A stretch of DNA of 64,000 bases. Origin: Patescibacteria group bacterium. Lineage in GTDB: Bacteria > Patescibacteriota > Kazan-3B-28. Each line of letters begins with the position of its first letter. The stretch's first letter is position 1. Where the stretch lies: positions 445,438 through 509,437 of the forward strand of contig JBAZNQ010000001.1 in the NCBI GenBank assembly GCA_041649135.1, given 5' to 3'. The translations under genes were made by a program, and so were the position numbers. The notes beneath the pieces were generated by a model that did no database searches, was not told the DNA's origin, and worked only from the letters and a program-made list of their open reading frames with translations. This document shows positions 18,594 to 27,893 of the stretch, one piece after another.

Positions 18594-18667
18594 TTCCAGC
18601 ATAGCATAAAAAACACCCCTGCGAAGGGGATGTTTTTTGGGGCTAATCTGGTTTTTGGGCTCCCAGA

Positions 18668-18912
18668 CCGAAGTAGGCGCTTTAAGGCACCTCGGTCATT
18701 TGACTCGTTTTTGTTTGGCTCAACAGCTCGGTCTCGGTTGGTTTTCCACGCTAGTCCTCCATAGCGCTATCTATATCAGAAGAGGCTAATGACCTATTTC
18801 TGATGAGATAAAGCGTAGGATGGAAGGAGATAATCTAGAGGTTTTGAAAGGGTGTTTAGGGGGACAGGTTTTGTGTAACACCCATAGGAGAAAATGAGAC
18901 AAATGCGACAGT
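18668..18912 (+). repeat. Complete att-like junction (R1 arm, TGGCTC core at 18716, right-arm module with REP insertion)
   Basis: Matches 2561-2630 on the left and 4537-4660 on the right. Confidence 0.8.
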
Positions 18913-18985
18913 ACTTTGGATGATTTTTAGTGTTGAGATCAGAATTTGATTCTTGAATTCTTCCTTTTACGGAATGGGGTAAGAA

Positions 18986-19804
18986 TCATTCTGCAATTAA
19001 TTTTTTAGAAACTGAACTATTCACCTTTTCTACGTACAACCTATCATTCTCTACTCTCAAATCGTTATAGTCCCCAAGATCCTGTCTAAAAGTTTTTTCT
19101 ATTTTATTGCTTTCTAAATCCCAAATAAACAAATAACCGTCGGACCAACGTGCACCAACTGGCGTCCCCCAAAAAGCCATTTTTGTATTATTGCTAAAAA
19201 ATAATACCGGCCAGTAATCTGATCTTCCTCCCATACTTATCAGCTGAACGCTTAAGATCGGCTCAATCGTCATCCCGAGTTCGGCGCTCATTATTGTATT
19301 CCCTTGCCAGCTTCTTTTAAATATCTTATCTCCGGAGATATAAAAATATCCGCTCTCGTCCGGTGCCACGGCTACAATGTTGCCTCCGATATGTATTTCT
19401 TCTATCGTGTTTTCGCCCTCTGATTTTGGCGATCGATGCACAATATAACCGCTTTCCATTGATGAAAAATTCGGATCGCTATATGCAATCAGGGCAAAGT
19501 CCTCTCCGCTATGGATGAGGCGGATATCATTGATTTCGCCTTTCAATTTGTATCGAAAATTTGGCGCATCATTTTTTCTGTCATGAATATTGATGACCGT
19601 AGTTTTCTCTTTGTTCCAAAGCCAAGGAGTATATTGATAGGCACTCAAACTCAATCCGGCACCTGTGTCGTTTGCTACTTCAGTGATATTTGGGAAATAT
19701 AGTTTTTCTGCCACTACAAAGCTGAATACTCCTGCGCCAATAATGACGGAGAAGATAATAATCGCAATTATCTTTAAAGCCTTCTTAGCGATTAAAGTCA
19801 TCAT
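18986..19804 (-). CDS. Membrane-anchored hypothetical protein (beta-rich, propeller-like)
   Basis: N-terminal TM helix; AVAPD and FIWDL blade-like motifs. Confidence 0.65.
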   Translation of the reverse strand: MMTLIAKKALKIIAIIIFSVIIGAGVFSFVVAEKLYFPNITEVANDTGAGLSLSAYQYTPWLWNKEKTTVINIHDRKNDAPNFRYKLKGEINDIRLIHSGEDFALIAYSDPNFSSMESGYIVHRSPKSEGENTIEEIHIGGNIVAVAPDESGYFYISGDKIFKRSWQGNTIMSAELGMTIEPILSVQLISMGGRSDYWPVLFFSNNTKMAFWGTPVGARWSDGYLFIWDLESNKIEKTFRQDLGDYNDLRVENDRLYVEKVNSSVSKKLIAE

Positions 19805-19865
19805 CTTGATAATATTATAGATTGTCAGGAGAAAATGAGACAAATGCGACGGTGGCAGGGGGGTA

Positions 19866-20564
19866 TCAAACTAACCACAGCCAAACGCCCAATCCCAACA
19901 TAATCACACCCGCAATCAAGTGCAGGATCCGAATGTTACTATCCTTCCATGCCGCTGTTCGAGTGGCCGTAGAATACCCCCAATAAATTGCTAATAGAAT
20001 AGCCACTAGAGGCAACACAAAAATCAGGTTGTAGTACAAAAGAATCCCCAGAGCAGATAGCCATGAAAACCCCTCACCCAACAATCCTAAGGTAAATAAA
20101 TATGGCCCACCCGTGCATGGAAGCTCGAAGAAGGTCACCAGCACACCAGCCCCAAATGCCGTCCAAGGCATTACTACACCAGACAACAAATCCTTGATTT
20201 TCGGTCGCCATCGTCTGGGGATTTCAGTCACAAACCCCAAACTCCCATACCAAAAATAGTCCTTGATGTTGGCAAGACCAATCAAGACAGCGATAACAGC
20301 AACCAATTTATGTAAGATTGGCGCAACCCCTGTTAAATGGATGGCCCCCAACAAGCCAACTCCGACTAGGTAATAAGCAACAAACAGACCTAATATAAAC
20401 ATCAACCCAGTAAATAGAATTGTCCGTTGTGACTTAATTGATAACAATCCGGTTAGCAAAAGTACCAGCACAGCAATGGCGCACGGATTGATAGAATCAA
20501 CTAAGGCAGCGCCGGTAATCGCCCAAAAAGTTGGTTCAGTTAAAATAGTCGGCGAACAACTCAT
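19866..20564 (-). CDS. CcdA/DsbD-like cytochrome c biogenesis membrane protein
   Basis: DSINPCA and ELPCTGGPY transmembrane cysteine pair. Confidence 0.85.
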   Translation of the reverse strand: MSCSPTILTEPTFWAITGAALVDSINPCAIAVLVLLLTGLLSIKSQRTILFTGLMFILGLFVAYYLVGVGLLGAIHLTGVAPILHKLVAVIAVLIGLANIKDYFWYGSLGFVTEIPRRWRPKIKDLLSGVVMPWTAFGAGVLVTFFELPCTGGPYLFTLGLLGEGFSWLSALGILLYYNLIFVLPLVAILLAIYWGYSTATRTAAWKDSNIRILHLIAGVIMLGLGVWLWLV

Positions 20565-20568
20565 ATTT

Positions 20569-20841
20569 TTATTCTATACGAATCGCTTTACCACGTACCA
20601 TGGCATCAGCCAACTTAGCATAAGCCCGTTGCAATATGCGACCAAAAGTGGCTTGAGATGTCTGCATTTTTTTAGCGGCAAGGGTTTGTTCTAATTTATT
20701 GAGATGGCGCAATCGAAGAGCTTCCCCCTCCTCTCTTTCCAGCACTACTATTTCAAGCTGACGCAAAGGGACACCCGCCGGCTTAAAAAATGTCACCGGC
20801 GGATGAAAATTCACCTTGCGTTGATTTCTTGGTCGAGCCAT
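20569..20841 (-). CDS. DUF134 family DNA-binding protein
   Basis: MARPR..RKV...FFKPAGVP...EALRL...AAKKM..S..TFGRIL..A..KLADA. Confidence 0.88.
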   Translation of the reverse strand: MARPRNQRKVNFHPPVTFFKPAGVPLRQLEIVVLEREEGEALRLRHLNKLEQTLAAKKMQTSQATFGRILQRAYAKLADAMVRGKAIRIE

Positions 20842-20842
20842 C

Positions 20843-21076
20843 TTAGCAGTTCTCCCCTTTCATCAATGTCTTACACTTTGGGCATGGAATTTCAGTGCAT
20901 ACCACCCCTCTTTGGGTATGAGGAATTTGGTGACCACACTTAGGACAAGTACAAACATTTGAACCAAGCGGTCTTCCGCCAGCCAACCCACGACCCTGAC
21001 CAAGTCCGCCTCGGCCACGGCCCAACCCCTGACCCAAACCTCGACCTGTATTACCTGTTCCGTCTCTTCCTGGCAT
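20843..21076 (-). CDS. Small Gly/Arg-rich cysteine-cluster protein
   Basis: MPGRDGTG...GRG repeats; CTCPKCG...C...CPKC. Confidence 0.75.
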   Translation of the reverse strand: MPGRDGTGNTGRGLGQGLGRGRGGLGQGRGLAGGRPLGSNVCTCPKCGHQIPHTQRGVVCTEIPCPKCKTLMKGENC

Positions 21077-21105
21077 AATCACCTCCAGAAATTAAGTCTA
21101 TAACA

Positions 21106-21139
21106 TTATGAGTATATATTCATAACCAAAACCTGTCAA
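21106..21139 (-). promoter_or_regulatory. sigma70 promoter overlapped by a palindromic operator
   Basis: TTGACA, 17 bp, TATACT on the minus strand; TTATGA-N8-TCATAA palindrome over the -10; candidate DUF134 site. Confidence 0.65.
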
Positions 21140-21189
21140 GCAAAGCTTAACTCACTCGAATCTCTTACCCTAAACTGACTATTGAATAA

Positions 21190-22296
21190 CTACTCCGACC
21201 GAACAAACTTGACCGCCAACAAAGTGGTAATCGGAACAGCCAAAGCGATGCCAATACTCCCCGTCAGAGCTCGCACTACCTCTACGGCAATTACCTCGTT
21301 ATTAATAACTTGACCAAAGGTTAAGAATGGCTCCTGATGAACGGTAAAAAGCAACAACAACGGTAAAGCCGCTCCGGCATAAGCTAAAAACAACGTATTC
21401 ACCATTGAGCCTAAGTGAGAAACCCCAACTCTCATGGCTTGCCAATACAATGCAGTAGCAGACATTTGCGGGTTTGCCTCTTTCAGCCCCACCACCACCG
21501 CCGTTTGAGAAACCACCACATCATCCAACACACCTAAAGCTCCAATCACCATACCAGCTAGTAATAATCCCTTAATATTGATCACTGTGTCAGTCAGCCC
21601 GATCAAGAACATACTTTCTTCGCTATTAAACCCCGTCAACCTAGTCAATTCCGTAAACCATACTGATAACAAGCCAGTAATTAACAAGGTAACTATCACT
21701 GAAGAAATAGCGATAGTCGAGGTGCGCTTAAACCCTTCTGTTAGATAAATTGCCATCACCAAAATCATCAAAGAGCCAACAATGCTCATTGTTAACGGGT
21801 CCCGACCTATTAGTATTTGGGGAAGAATAAATTTTAATATCACTACAAAGGTCAGTGCCAACACCAATAACGCCCTGACCCCCTTCCATCCACCCACCGC
21901 AACTACTATTGCGGCAAAAATAATTGCCAGCCATACCAATGGCGGCGTCCTGACAATGTTGAGAATATAAAAATTATCCGATCCATCAGACGATGGGCTT
22001 GATTGCACCATTACCTTATCGCCCACTTTGTATTCATTAGCCGACATCTCGTCGTATTGGGTGCCGTCATAGACAATCTCTTGCCCTTTCCGTTCACCAG
22101 TCAACACCTCAAGCTTTATTTTCTGTTGGATAGCCGTTGAACCATCCTCGCGAGATGAGATATTTTGTTCAATAATCTCTATCACCTTAGCTGAAAGCAC
22201 CGAACCACTGTTACTTGGTTCAGCAGTTTGGGCAAGGGCTACGCTGGGGCACAAAAATAAGATTGGCAAGATTAGAAACCATTTTTTCATGCCCAT
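21190..22296 (-). CDS. YibE/F family membrane protein
   Basis: GALGVLDDV, HLGSMVNTLFLAYAG, GSIGIALAVPITT. Confidence 0.9.
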   Translation of the reverse strand: MGMKKWFLILPILFLCPSVALAQTAEPSNSGSVLSAKVIEIIEQNISSREDGSTAIQQKIKLEVLTGERKGQEIVYDGTQYDEMSANEYKVGDKVMVQSSPSSDGSDNFYILNIVRTPPLVWLAIIFAAIVVAVGGWKGVRALLVLALTFVVILKFILPQILIGRDPLTMSIVGSLMILVMAIYLTEGFKRTSTIAISSVIVTLLITGLLSVWFTELTRLTGFNSEESMFLIGLTDTVINIKGLLLAGMVIGALGVLDDVVVSQTAVVVGLKEANPQMSATALYWQAMRVGVSHLGSMVNTLFLAYAGAALPLLLLFTVHQEPFLTFGQVINNEVIAVEVVRALTGSIGIALAVPITTLLAVKFVRSE

Positions 22297-22469
22297 ATTA
22301 TAACATTCAAAGATTAGCTCGGCATGAGCTAATACACTACCTACATATTGTTTAATCTAACCGATGAAAGAGTGAACCACTTTACGCACCCCTCCTATCT
22401 AACCATCCCTATCGGATAATAAACTGAAAATCTTCAGTCGGAGACAAATCAGACAAGGACGAGACGAAG

Positions 22470-22850
22470 TTACGATCTGTCTGTGGATTTCCCCACACCC
22501 AAAGGTTGTCCGTACCCTACCACTAAATACAGTATCCCCGGAATCAGTACAAGTAACATATTCATACTAAAACTTGCTTCTGTTGCCAGCGCCAACAGAA
22601 GACTAATCACCATCGGGATGATAATGAGATAGCCTCCGATTTTCTCACGCCACCAACCAACGGCCAATCCTATAAACATTATCGGCATCGCTGTCAGCAT
22701 GACATTTTCCCATAACGAATAATCAGGATTGATAAACGGCAACGGATTGCCGTAGCCAAAATAGAACATCAAACCAACCACTAATATCAACAAAGCGACG
22801 ATTCTGGCAAACCATCTCATAACTCCAACTTGTTCTTTTTCCATTCTCAT
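22470..22850 (-). CDS. Four-TM hypothetical membrane protein (similar to 60862-61194)
   Basis: RWFARI...AVGWWREKIGG pattern. Confidence 0.7.
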   Translation of the reverse strand: MRMEKEQVGVMRWFARIVALLILVVGLMFYFGYGNPLPFINPDYSLWENVMLTAMPIMFIGLAVGWWREKIGGYLIIIPMVISLLLALATEASFSMNMLLVLIPGILYLVVGYGQPLGVGKSTDRS

Positions 22851-22886
22851 AATGTTCTTACTTTTGGTATAACTTCTTTCAATCGC

Positions 22887-23270
22887 TTAATAACCAATCA
22901 GCAACTTGGGGATATTCAGATTTCCCTCTATATATCCAATCGCTCGCTTCAGTTCTAATTGAGACAAGGCGGTATCCCGATCCATTCTTTCTCCAGCATA
23001 ACCAGTATAATATTTTTTCAAAATCGGCAGGGATCGTTCGTCGCCCAATTGTCCCAAAGCCCAGATCGTCGAATTACGAGACTCATATCCGTTACCCTCA
23101 TCATCCAAATATTGGGTCAAGGCCTCAACACAATCTCCGTCATAATGACCTTGAGCAATCTTGCATTGTTCACCAACACCATAACCAATAAAATTCAAGC
23201 TCAAAAGAAAAACAAAAAGACCCAATGAGATGACGATACCTAAACCATAAAGAATTGTGTGTTTATCCAT
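22887..23270 (-). CDS. Membrane-anchored HEAT-repeat protein
   Basis: RNSTIWALGQLGDERSLPIL. Confidence 0.75.
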   Translation of the reverse strand: MDKHTILYGLGIVISLGLFVFLLSLNFIGYGVGEQCKIAQGHYDGDCVEALTQYLDDEGNGYESRNSTIWALGQLGDERSLPILKKYYTGYAGERMDRDTALSQLELKRAIGYIEGNLNIPKLLIGY

Positions 23271-23273
23271 AAT

Positions 23274-23468
23274 CTAAAACCTATAACTAAATATTTCTTC
23301 AATCGACTTTTTAAAAACCCGGGCAATCCTAAAGGCCAATTCCAGAGAGGGAATGTATTTATCTTTTTCCACAGCGATTATCGTTTGCCGAGTTACGCCA
23401 CATTTTTGAGCCAAATCTTCTTGGGTCATGTTATGTTCGGCGCGAGAAACCTTGATTCGATTATTCAT
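23274..23468 (-). CDS. XRE-family HTH transcriptional regulator
   Basis: [39 protein letters not shown]. Confidence 0.92.
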   Translation of the reverse strand: MNNRIKVSRAEHNMTQEDLAQKCGVTRQTIIAVEKDKYIPSLELAFRIARVFKKSIEEIFSYRF

Positions 23469-23856
23469 CTGCGCCATATTTTTTGTCGAAATAATTATAG
23501 GACAAAGAATAAATAGTAATCAGCAACAGCGCAATATAGCAAAAAACCACTCCCATTGATTCAAGGTAAAGGCTGGCGTGCTTTTGGGCAGAAAAAATAA
23601 AGAAGAGCCCAAGACAAGCCATCAGCATAGTCACGACCACATAAGTAACTTGAGAAGCTCTCCCGCTAATTGAAATCACTCTTTCATCCACAACCACTTT
23701 CTTAAACCGCTTCTTGGCCACAAATAGAAACAACATCCCAATTAATATGCCAGCAAAAGCCAGATAAAGATTGCTGGTGATGGTGGCCACAACCACTATT
23801 GTCCCGATTAATAGCCCAATCAACACCCTAATTTTTTGATACTGGTTATAACTCAT
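23461..23856 (-). CDS. DUF2178-type membrane protein
   Basis: Four TM helices with DER motif; overlaps the XRE gene. Confidence 0.75.
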   Translation of the reverse strand: MSYNQYQKIRVLIGLLIGTIVVVATITSNLYLAFAGILIGMLFLFVAKKRFKKVVVDERVISISGRASQVTYVVVTMLMACLGLFFIFSAQKHASLYLESMGVVFCYIALLLITIYSLSYNYFDKKYGADE

Positions 23857-23886
23857 ACTCCTTATAATGTAAAGTATATCATACTA

Positions 23887-23915
23887 ATTGTAAAGGGTAC
23901 TTTACACTACGTCAA
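23887..23915 (-). promoter_or_regulatory. Promoter with palindromic operator for the XRE operon
   Basis: TTGACG, 17 bp, TACAAT; TGTAAAG-N4-CTTTACA palindrome in the spacer; extra half-site at 23868. Confidence 0.7.
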
Positions 23916-23986
23916 CAATGCCCTTGAGAACACTTGGGGTCGCTTGGCCCTCTTCATAAGCGGGTAAGGAGCACGCTAGTACTAGT

Positions 23987-24068
23987 TGGCTCAGGCAAGT
24001 GGTAAATGAGACGGTGGCAGGGGGGTCTGTTTCACTGTGGATTTTGAGAGGTTTTTGTGGCGTAATGA
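23987..24068 (+). repeat. Shortened junction module (TGGCTC plus ATGAGACGGTGGCAG...TGTTTCACT...CGTAAT)
   Basis: Aligns with 4647-4708. Confidence 0.7.
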
Positions 24069-24109
24069 TTCTCCAACCTTACCGTACCCAATGAGCAGAC
24101 CCGAAGAAC

Positions 24110-24616
24110 TTAATATAGCCAACTGCGATATTTGGGCGTAGCATCTTTCATATCTTCATACAGCCACACCATCCGATCAGCAAACCATAATTTACTGATA
24201 ATAATCATAGCCCCACCAAATATGACTGACCATACCTGAAACATCGCTAGTCCCCAGATAAAGAAGAGCCCGCCGATTCCACCCACGGCGGATAAAATAT
24301 TGGGTAAAGTTTGATGATGTTGGGGTACTGGTATATTTTTACGATTCATCCAAACCCACTCGCCCAGCACTACTTTGGATGCCCAGTTGTTGGTACTTTG
24401 GGGCGCAGTAAAAACCCGTGGATTAAACCAGACCCACAACAGCACTATGACAATTGGAACAAGTGACCACCATCCGAGCCAAATTCTACTCCAAAAGGCC
24501 AGACCTATTAACGGCACCATAGAGAAACGAGAATAAACACTCCAGGGGCTAGAATGGCGTCGACGAGTCGGCTCGTCCATCCTAAAGGCTTTGGCAATAT
24601 TTTGTTCTAAAGTCAT
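24110..24616 (-). CDS. Conserved membrane protein (DUF6653-like)
   Basis: RHSSPWSVYSRF, NPRVF..P....NWASKVVLGE, KLWFADRMVWLY. Confidence 0.75.
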   Translation of the reverse strand: MTLEQNIAKAFRMDEPTRRRHSSPWSVYSRFSMVPLIGLAFWSRIWLGWWSLVPIVIVLLWVWFNPRVFTAPQSTNNWASKVVLGEWVWMNRKNIPVPQHHQTLPNILSAVGGIGGLFFIWGLAMFQVWSVIFGGAMIIISKLWFADRMVWLYEDMKDATPKYRSWLY

Positions 24617-24633
24617 AGCACGAACGAATCAAT

Positions 24634-25404
24634 CTACTCAACTGCAAATAACCCAACGCTATTGAAGTAGTGGATGAGCTTTCCCCCACTAGTAAGGATG
24701 ACTCGAATAGTCGGATAGTTATAGACATCACCAGTTAGACCTTTGGGAAGCTTGTAGCTGGTATCCTGCCAGATCCATTCATGAGCGGCGGCTACATTGA
24801 CCGGGTTCTCTTTGCTCGGCTGGTAGGTGAAGTCGTCCTGGAGCTGAGTGAAATTAGAGACATTTTGAGAGAGGAAGTCCATGGCGATGGTCTCGATTTG
24901 AGATTGGGTTTTGGTAGGAATATACAGAGAACCATAGCTGGCGCATTGGGAGGCATTGAGTCCCACACCTCCCAGTAGGTTCTGGATCTCTTCCGGATAG
25001 CGAACATGGATATCTACTATCTGATTATTACGAGCATCTATCTCGTACTCATAGACCTCGCACTGTTCATTGATGTATTGGGTTTGTTGAAAGACATAGA
25101 CTGGACGTTGCCACTCTGCCGGGGTATCAGTTCGCCATGCTCCATCACCCAGCTGGGTAGCTGTTCCAATAGTGAAGTTAGAGGGATTCTTTTGGGTGGT
25201 GATATATCTGACAGTCGGGTTGGAATCAGCCATGAGATGCATGAAGCGTTGGATGACAAGCTGGATTTGGGCGGTTACCGCAGTAGTCGGCTCTGGCAGT
25301 ACGCTAACATCCCGGGTTGATGACTTCGGACTCTGCCATGCCCAGATACCGATGGCTACAACAAAAACGACGGCTAAGATAGGAATTAGTTCGAGCTTCT
25401 TCAT
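24634..25404 (-). CDS. Membrane-anchored extracellular hypothetical protein
   Basis: N-terminal TM helix; 256 aa. Confidence 0.7.
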   Translation of the reverse strand: MKKLELIPILAVVFVVAIGIWAWQSPKSSTRDVSVLPEPTTAVTAQIQLVIQRFMHLMADSNPTVRYITTQKNPSNFTIGTATQLGDGAWRTDTPAEWQRPVYVFQQTQYINEQCEVYEYEIDARNNQIVDIHVRYPEEIQNLLGGVGLNASQCASYGSLYIPTKTQSQIETIAMDFLSQNVSNFTQLQDDFTYQPSKENPVNVAAAHEWIWQDTSYKLPKGLTGDVYNYPTIRVILTSGGKLIHYFNSVGLFAVE

Positions 25405-25425
25405 GGTTCTATTGTATACCTCCTA

Positions 25426-25498
25426 AAGGACGCTTTGAGGCACCTCAGTCATTTGACTCGTTTTTATTTGGCTCCGTTGGCTAGAAGAAGTCAGGACT
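25426..25498 (+). repeat. att-like junction: R1 arm plus TGGCTCCGTTGGCTAGAAGAAGTCAGGACT
   Basis: Core at 25469; the 30-bp right part is identical to 26659-26688. Confidence 0.8.
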
Positions 25499-25515
25499 TG
25501 TAACAGTGTTCCATA

Positions 25516-26031
25516 CTAGACAACTAGCTCCCGCGCCCTTTTCAAGAGAGTAGCATCTCTTAATCGGATAAATTTGCCGACATACACATCTGGCTCACTC
25601 TCTTCAACCAATTTGATAGCCTCGTCCAAATCTACCCATATCGGCTTCATCCCCTCGTCTATCTCCTCAGCCTCGTAAGCCGTTTCACCATCACCCTCAG
25701 CAACCTGAGCGAGATAGCAGTAAGATATCTGCAGTTCATCTCGTTCATTTCGATATTCAATAATAATTCCCACTTCACCAGTCACCCGTATTGCATACCC
25801 AATCTCCTCTTTTGCCTCTCTCTGTAAAGCATCAGCTATTTGCTCACCTGCCTCAATCCCGCCACCAGGCAATTTGTAATATCCAGCATTACTAACATGA
25901 AGCAGGGCAATTTGATTTTTATCATTAAAAATCACTGCCCTCGCCGCCCTACGCAACTGATACGGCTTATCAGTTCTCGCTGGCAATCCAGTGCCGACTT
26001 CAGCATCAGATATTTCTAATAGTAATTCCAT
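25516..26031 (-). CDS. NUDIX hydrolase
   Basis: KLPGGGIEAGEQIADALQREAKEEIG. Confidence 0.9.
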   Translation of the reverse strand: MELLLEISDAEVGTGLPARTDKPYQLRRAARAVIFNDKNQIALLHVSNAGYYKLPGGGIEAGEQIADALQREAKEEIGYAIRVTGEVGIIIEYRNERDELQISYCYLAQVAEGDGETAYEAEEIDEGMKPIWVDLDEAIKLVEESEPDVYVGKFIRLRDATLLKRARELVV

Positions 26032-26071
26032 GTCTATATCTTATCAGGTTCTAACTCCTATTCGGGGTACA

Positions 26072-26100
26072 AAAATAACCAGCTCCTATGGCTGGTTATT
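26072..26100 (-). terminator. Intrinsic terminator directly beyond the att core (probable former tRNA-Asn terminator)
   Basis: AATAACCAGC-N7-GCTGGTTATT followed by T residues on the minus strand, 3 nt from the GGGAGCCA core. Confidence 0.65.
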
Positions 26101-26229
26101 CTCTGGCTCCCCCTGCTGGATAAGTTTAGAAAAGTTGACTGGATAAAAGTCAGAAGAGAGTTAGATGATTTTGTATTAAAAAATGTCGGGGTTTCACCGA
26201 CTTCTATCGCCTGAGCGATAGCCGTTACG

Positions 26230-26586
26230 TCAATTGAATTGCGGTGGGTAGGTCAACTGTCCCAGAAACCGAAATGATTCCCTGTCCAAGCGTTTGTGAA
26301 GACGCTTGAGCTTCTCCTGCTCTTCGCGGATAGTATTATCATACTTCCACTTAGGCGGGGGTTCGGGATACGTGGTCTTCATATAATCCCACTCATAATC
26401 ATCTGGGGCTGTCTGTCTGCGAACACGTAATTCCCCGATGAAAGCTTCCGTGGCAAGAATCTGTTTGTCAATTTCTTCCACAGAGGGCTGGTTGAAGACC
26501 CAATCAACTGCATCGTCAAATTGACGCAGAATCACCTTGGCTTTTAGCCACCGCAATAATTTCAAGTTGAGTATCAAGCTCAACAT
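26230..26586 (-). CDS. Hypothetical protein
   Basis: 118-aa ORF with GGAGGTG upstream. Confidence 0.55.
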   Translation of the reverse strand: MLSLILNLKLLRWLKAKVILRQFDDAVDWVFNQPSVEEIDKQILATEAFIGELRVRRQTAPDDYEWDYMKTTYPEPPPKWKYDNTIREEQEKLKRLHKRLDRESFRFLGQLTYPPQFN

Positions 26587-26686
26587 AGGTTCATCACCTC
26601 CACTGATGATGATTTATATATATCAAAAAACTCGCTTTCAGTCAAGCTTTTCTTGGTTTGGCTCCGTTGGCTAGAAGAAGTCAGGA

Positions 26687-27217
26687 CTATGCCTGCCTAG
26701 AAATAAACACGAGTTTCTGAGTTTCCCGATCATAGGTTATATAGACCTTGCCACTATAGCGCCCCTCGCTAGTAAGGTCGTTCAACAAAATTGCCAAAGT
26801 ATCAGCATCAGTGTCTGTTAGACCAGCAGGCATCAGCACATACAACTCCAACCCGCCTTTCGTAAGCGTTAAATCTACCACCTCTTTGGACCTTTTAATC
26901 TTTCGGAGCAGATCCTGTGCTAACTCTTTCCCAAATTCCTGAAAAAATCCTTGAGCCACAAGACCTATTGTTGTAGCCACCGACGTCCATATCCAAAAGC
27001 CTAAGGTCAGCCCACCATCGCCACCCCCCCGCTCTGGCAAAACCTCATAAATAGCCACCCTGTCATCTTCCGCCCCAGCCAACTCTCGTAATGGCGTCGG
27101 GTCCACTTCCCAGCCATTAAACACCACATCGATCCATGCAGTCCCCTCTAGATGGCTGAGCTGCGAACTATCAAATGGCTCATAATGCTCTCTATCCGCT
27201 TCTACAAATTTAGCCAT
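26687..27217 (-). CDS. Hypothetical protein
   Basis: 176-aa ORF; stop codon overlaps the end of a junction repeat. Confidence 0.6.
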   Translation of the reverse strand: MAKFVEADREHYEPFDSSQLSHLEGTAWIDVVFNGWEVDPTPLRELAGAEDDRVAIYEVLPERGGGDGGLTLGFWIWTSVATTIGLVAQGFFQEFGKELAQDLLRKIKRSKEVVDLTLTKGGLELYVLMPAGLTDTDADTLAILLNDLTSEGRYSGKVYITYDRETQKLVFISRQA

Positions 27218-27389
27218 AAAAATTCATTTTTATCCATTATTATAGCTTCCCAAACGAAGGTTTTCCAGATAATACGCCTCCTGCTAGCTATTACTCACAC
27301 TAGCCAAAGTTCTTGACCGAGTATCACATCCACTACATACTGTAAATAGCTCATCTACCATGCGTGGAAAGAGTACTAGACGCCGCCCT

Positions 27390-27893
27390 TTACTGGGCGG
27401 TGTTGGTTTTGCACCACTCTTCACATTCAGCTTCCAGTCTACGCTTGCGGTGGTCATACTCTACGGTATAGGCAGTCAACAATACAAAATACCCCTTATT
27501 TCTAGGTGCCAAAACAACCACATAGCTCCAATCTGAAAGTGCAATGCAAACATGAAGCTTATCCTTACGTTTTACTTCCCAAACCTTCAGACTAGCCGAA
27601 TTTTCAATCATCGGCCTGACCCAACACACTCTCTCGCAACGTCGTAAATCTGGGATCCTTGTTGCCTCCGTCTTGCCTTCTGAAACTAAGTGCCAGAACG
27701 TAATACCCTTTCCATTAAGGGGTGGAGCAAAACGACTAACGACTGGCAGACCCCTAAAAAGAGGCTTACTTGCAACAAAATCCTTGCAGTAATGAGCGTA
27801 AATAGCATCAATGTATTTATCCCAATTACCGCTATGTTCTCCGAGCTCAACAATCGCAGGCAACCAATCAATTGTCGCAACACCATCAGCCAT
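27390..27893 (-). CDS. Phage P1 RlfB-like partner of DUF3800
   Basis: TFWHLVSEG...PDLRRCERVCW.RPMIE...YVVVL...LLTAY; overlaps the DUF3800 stop. Confidence 0.7.
   Translation of the reverse strand: MADGVATIDWLPAIVELGEHSGNWDKYIDAIYAHYCKDFVASKPLFRGLPVVSRFAPPLNGKGITFWHLVSEGKTEATRIPDLRRCERVCWVRPMIENSASLKVWEVKRKDKLHVCIALSDWSYVVVLAPRNKGYFVLLTAYTVEYDHRKRRLEAECEEWCKTNTAQ

Noticed and set aside
611-26690. Recurrent intergenic repeats as a CRISPR array
   Set aside because: Spacing is from about a hundred bases to many kb and contains whole genes; no regular repeat-spacer period and no cas genes.
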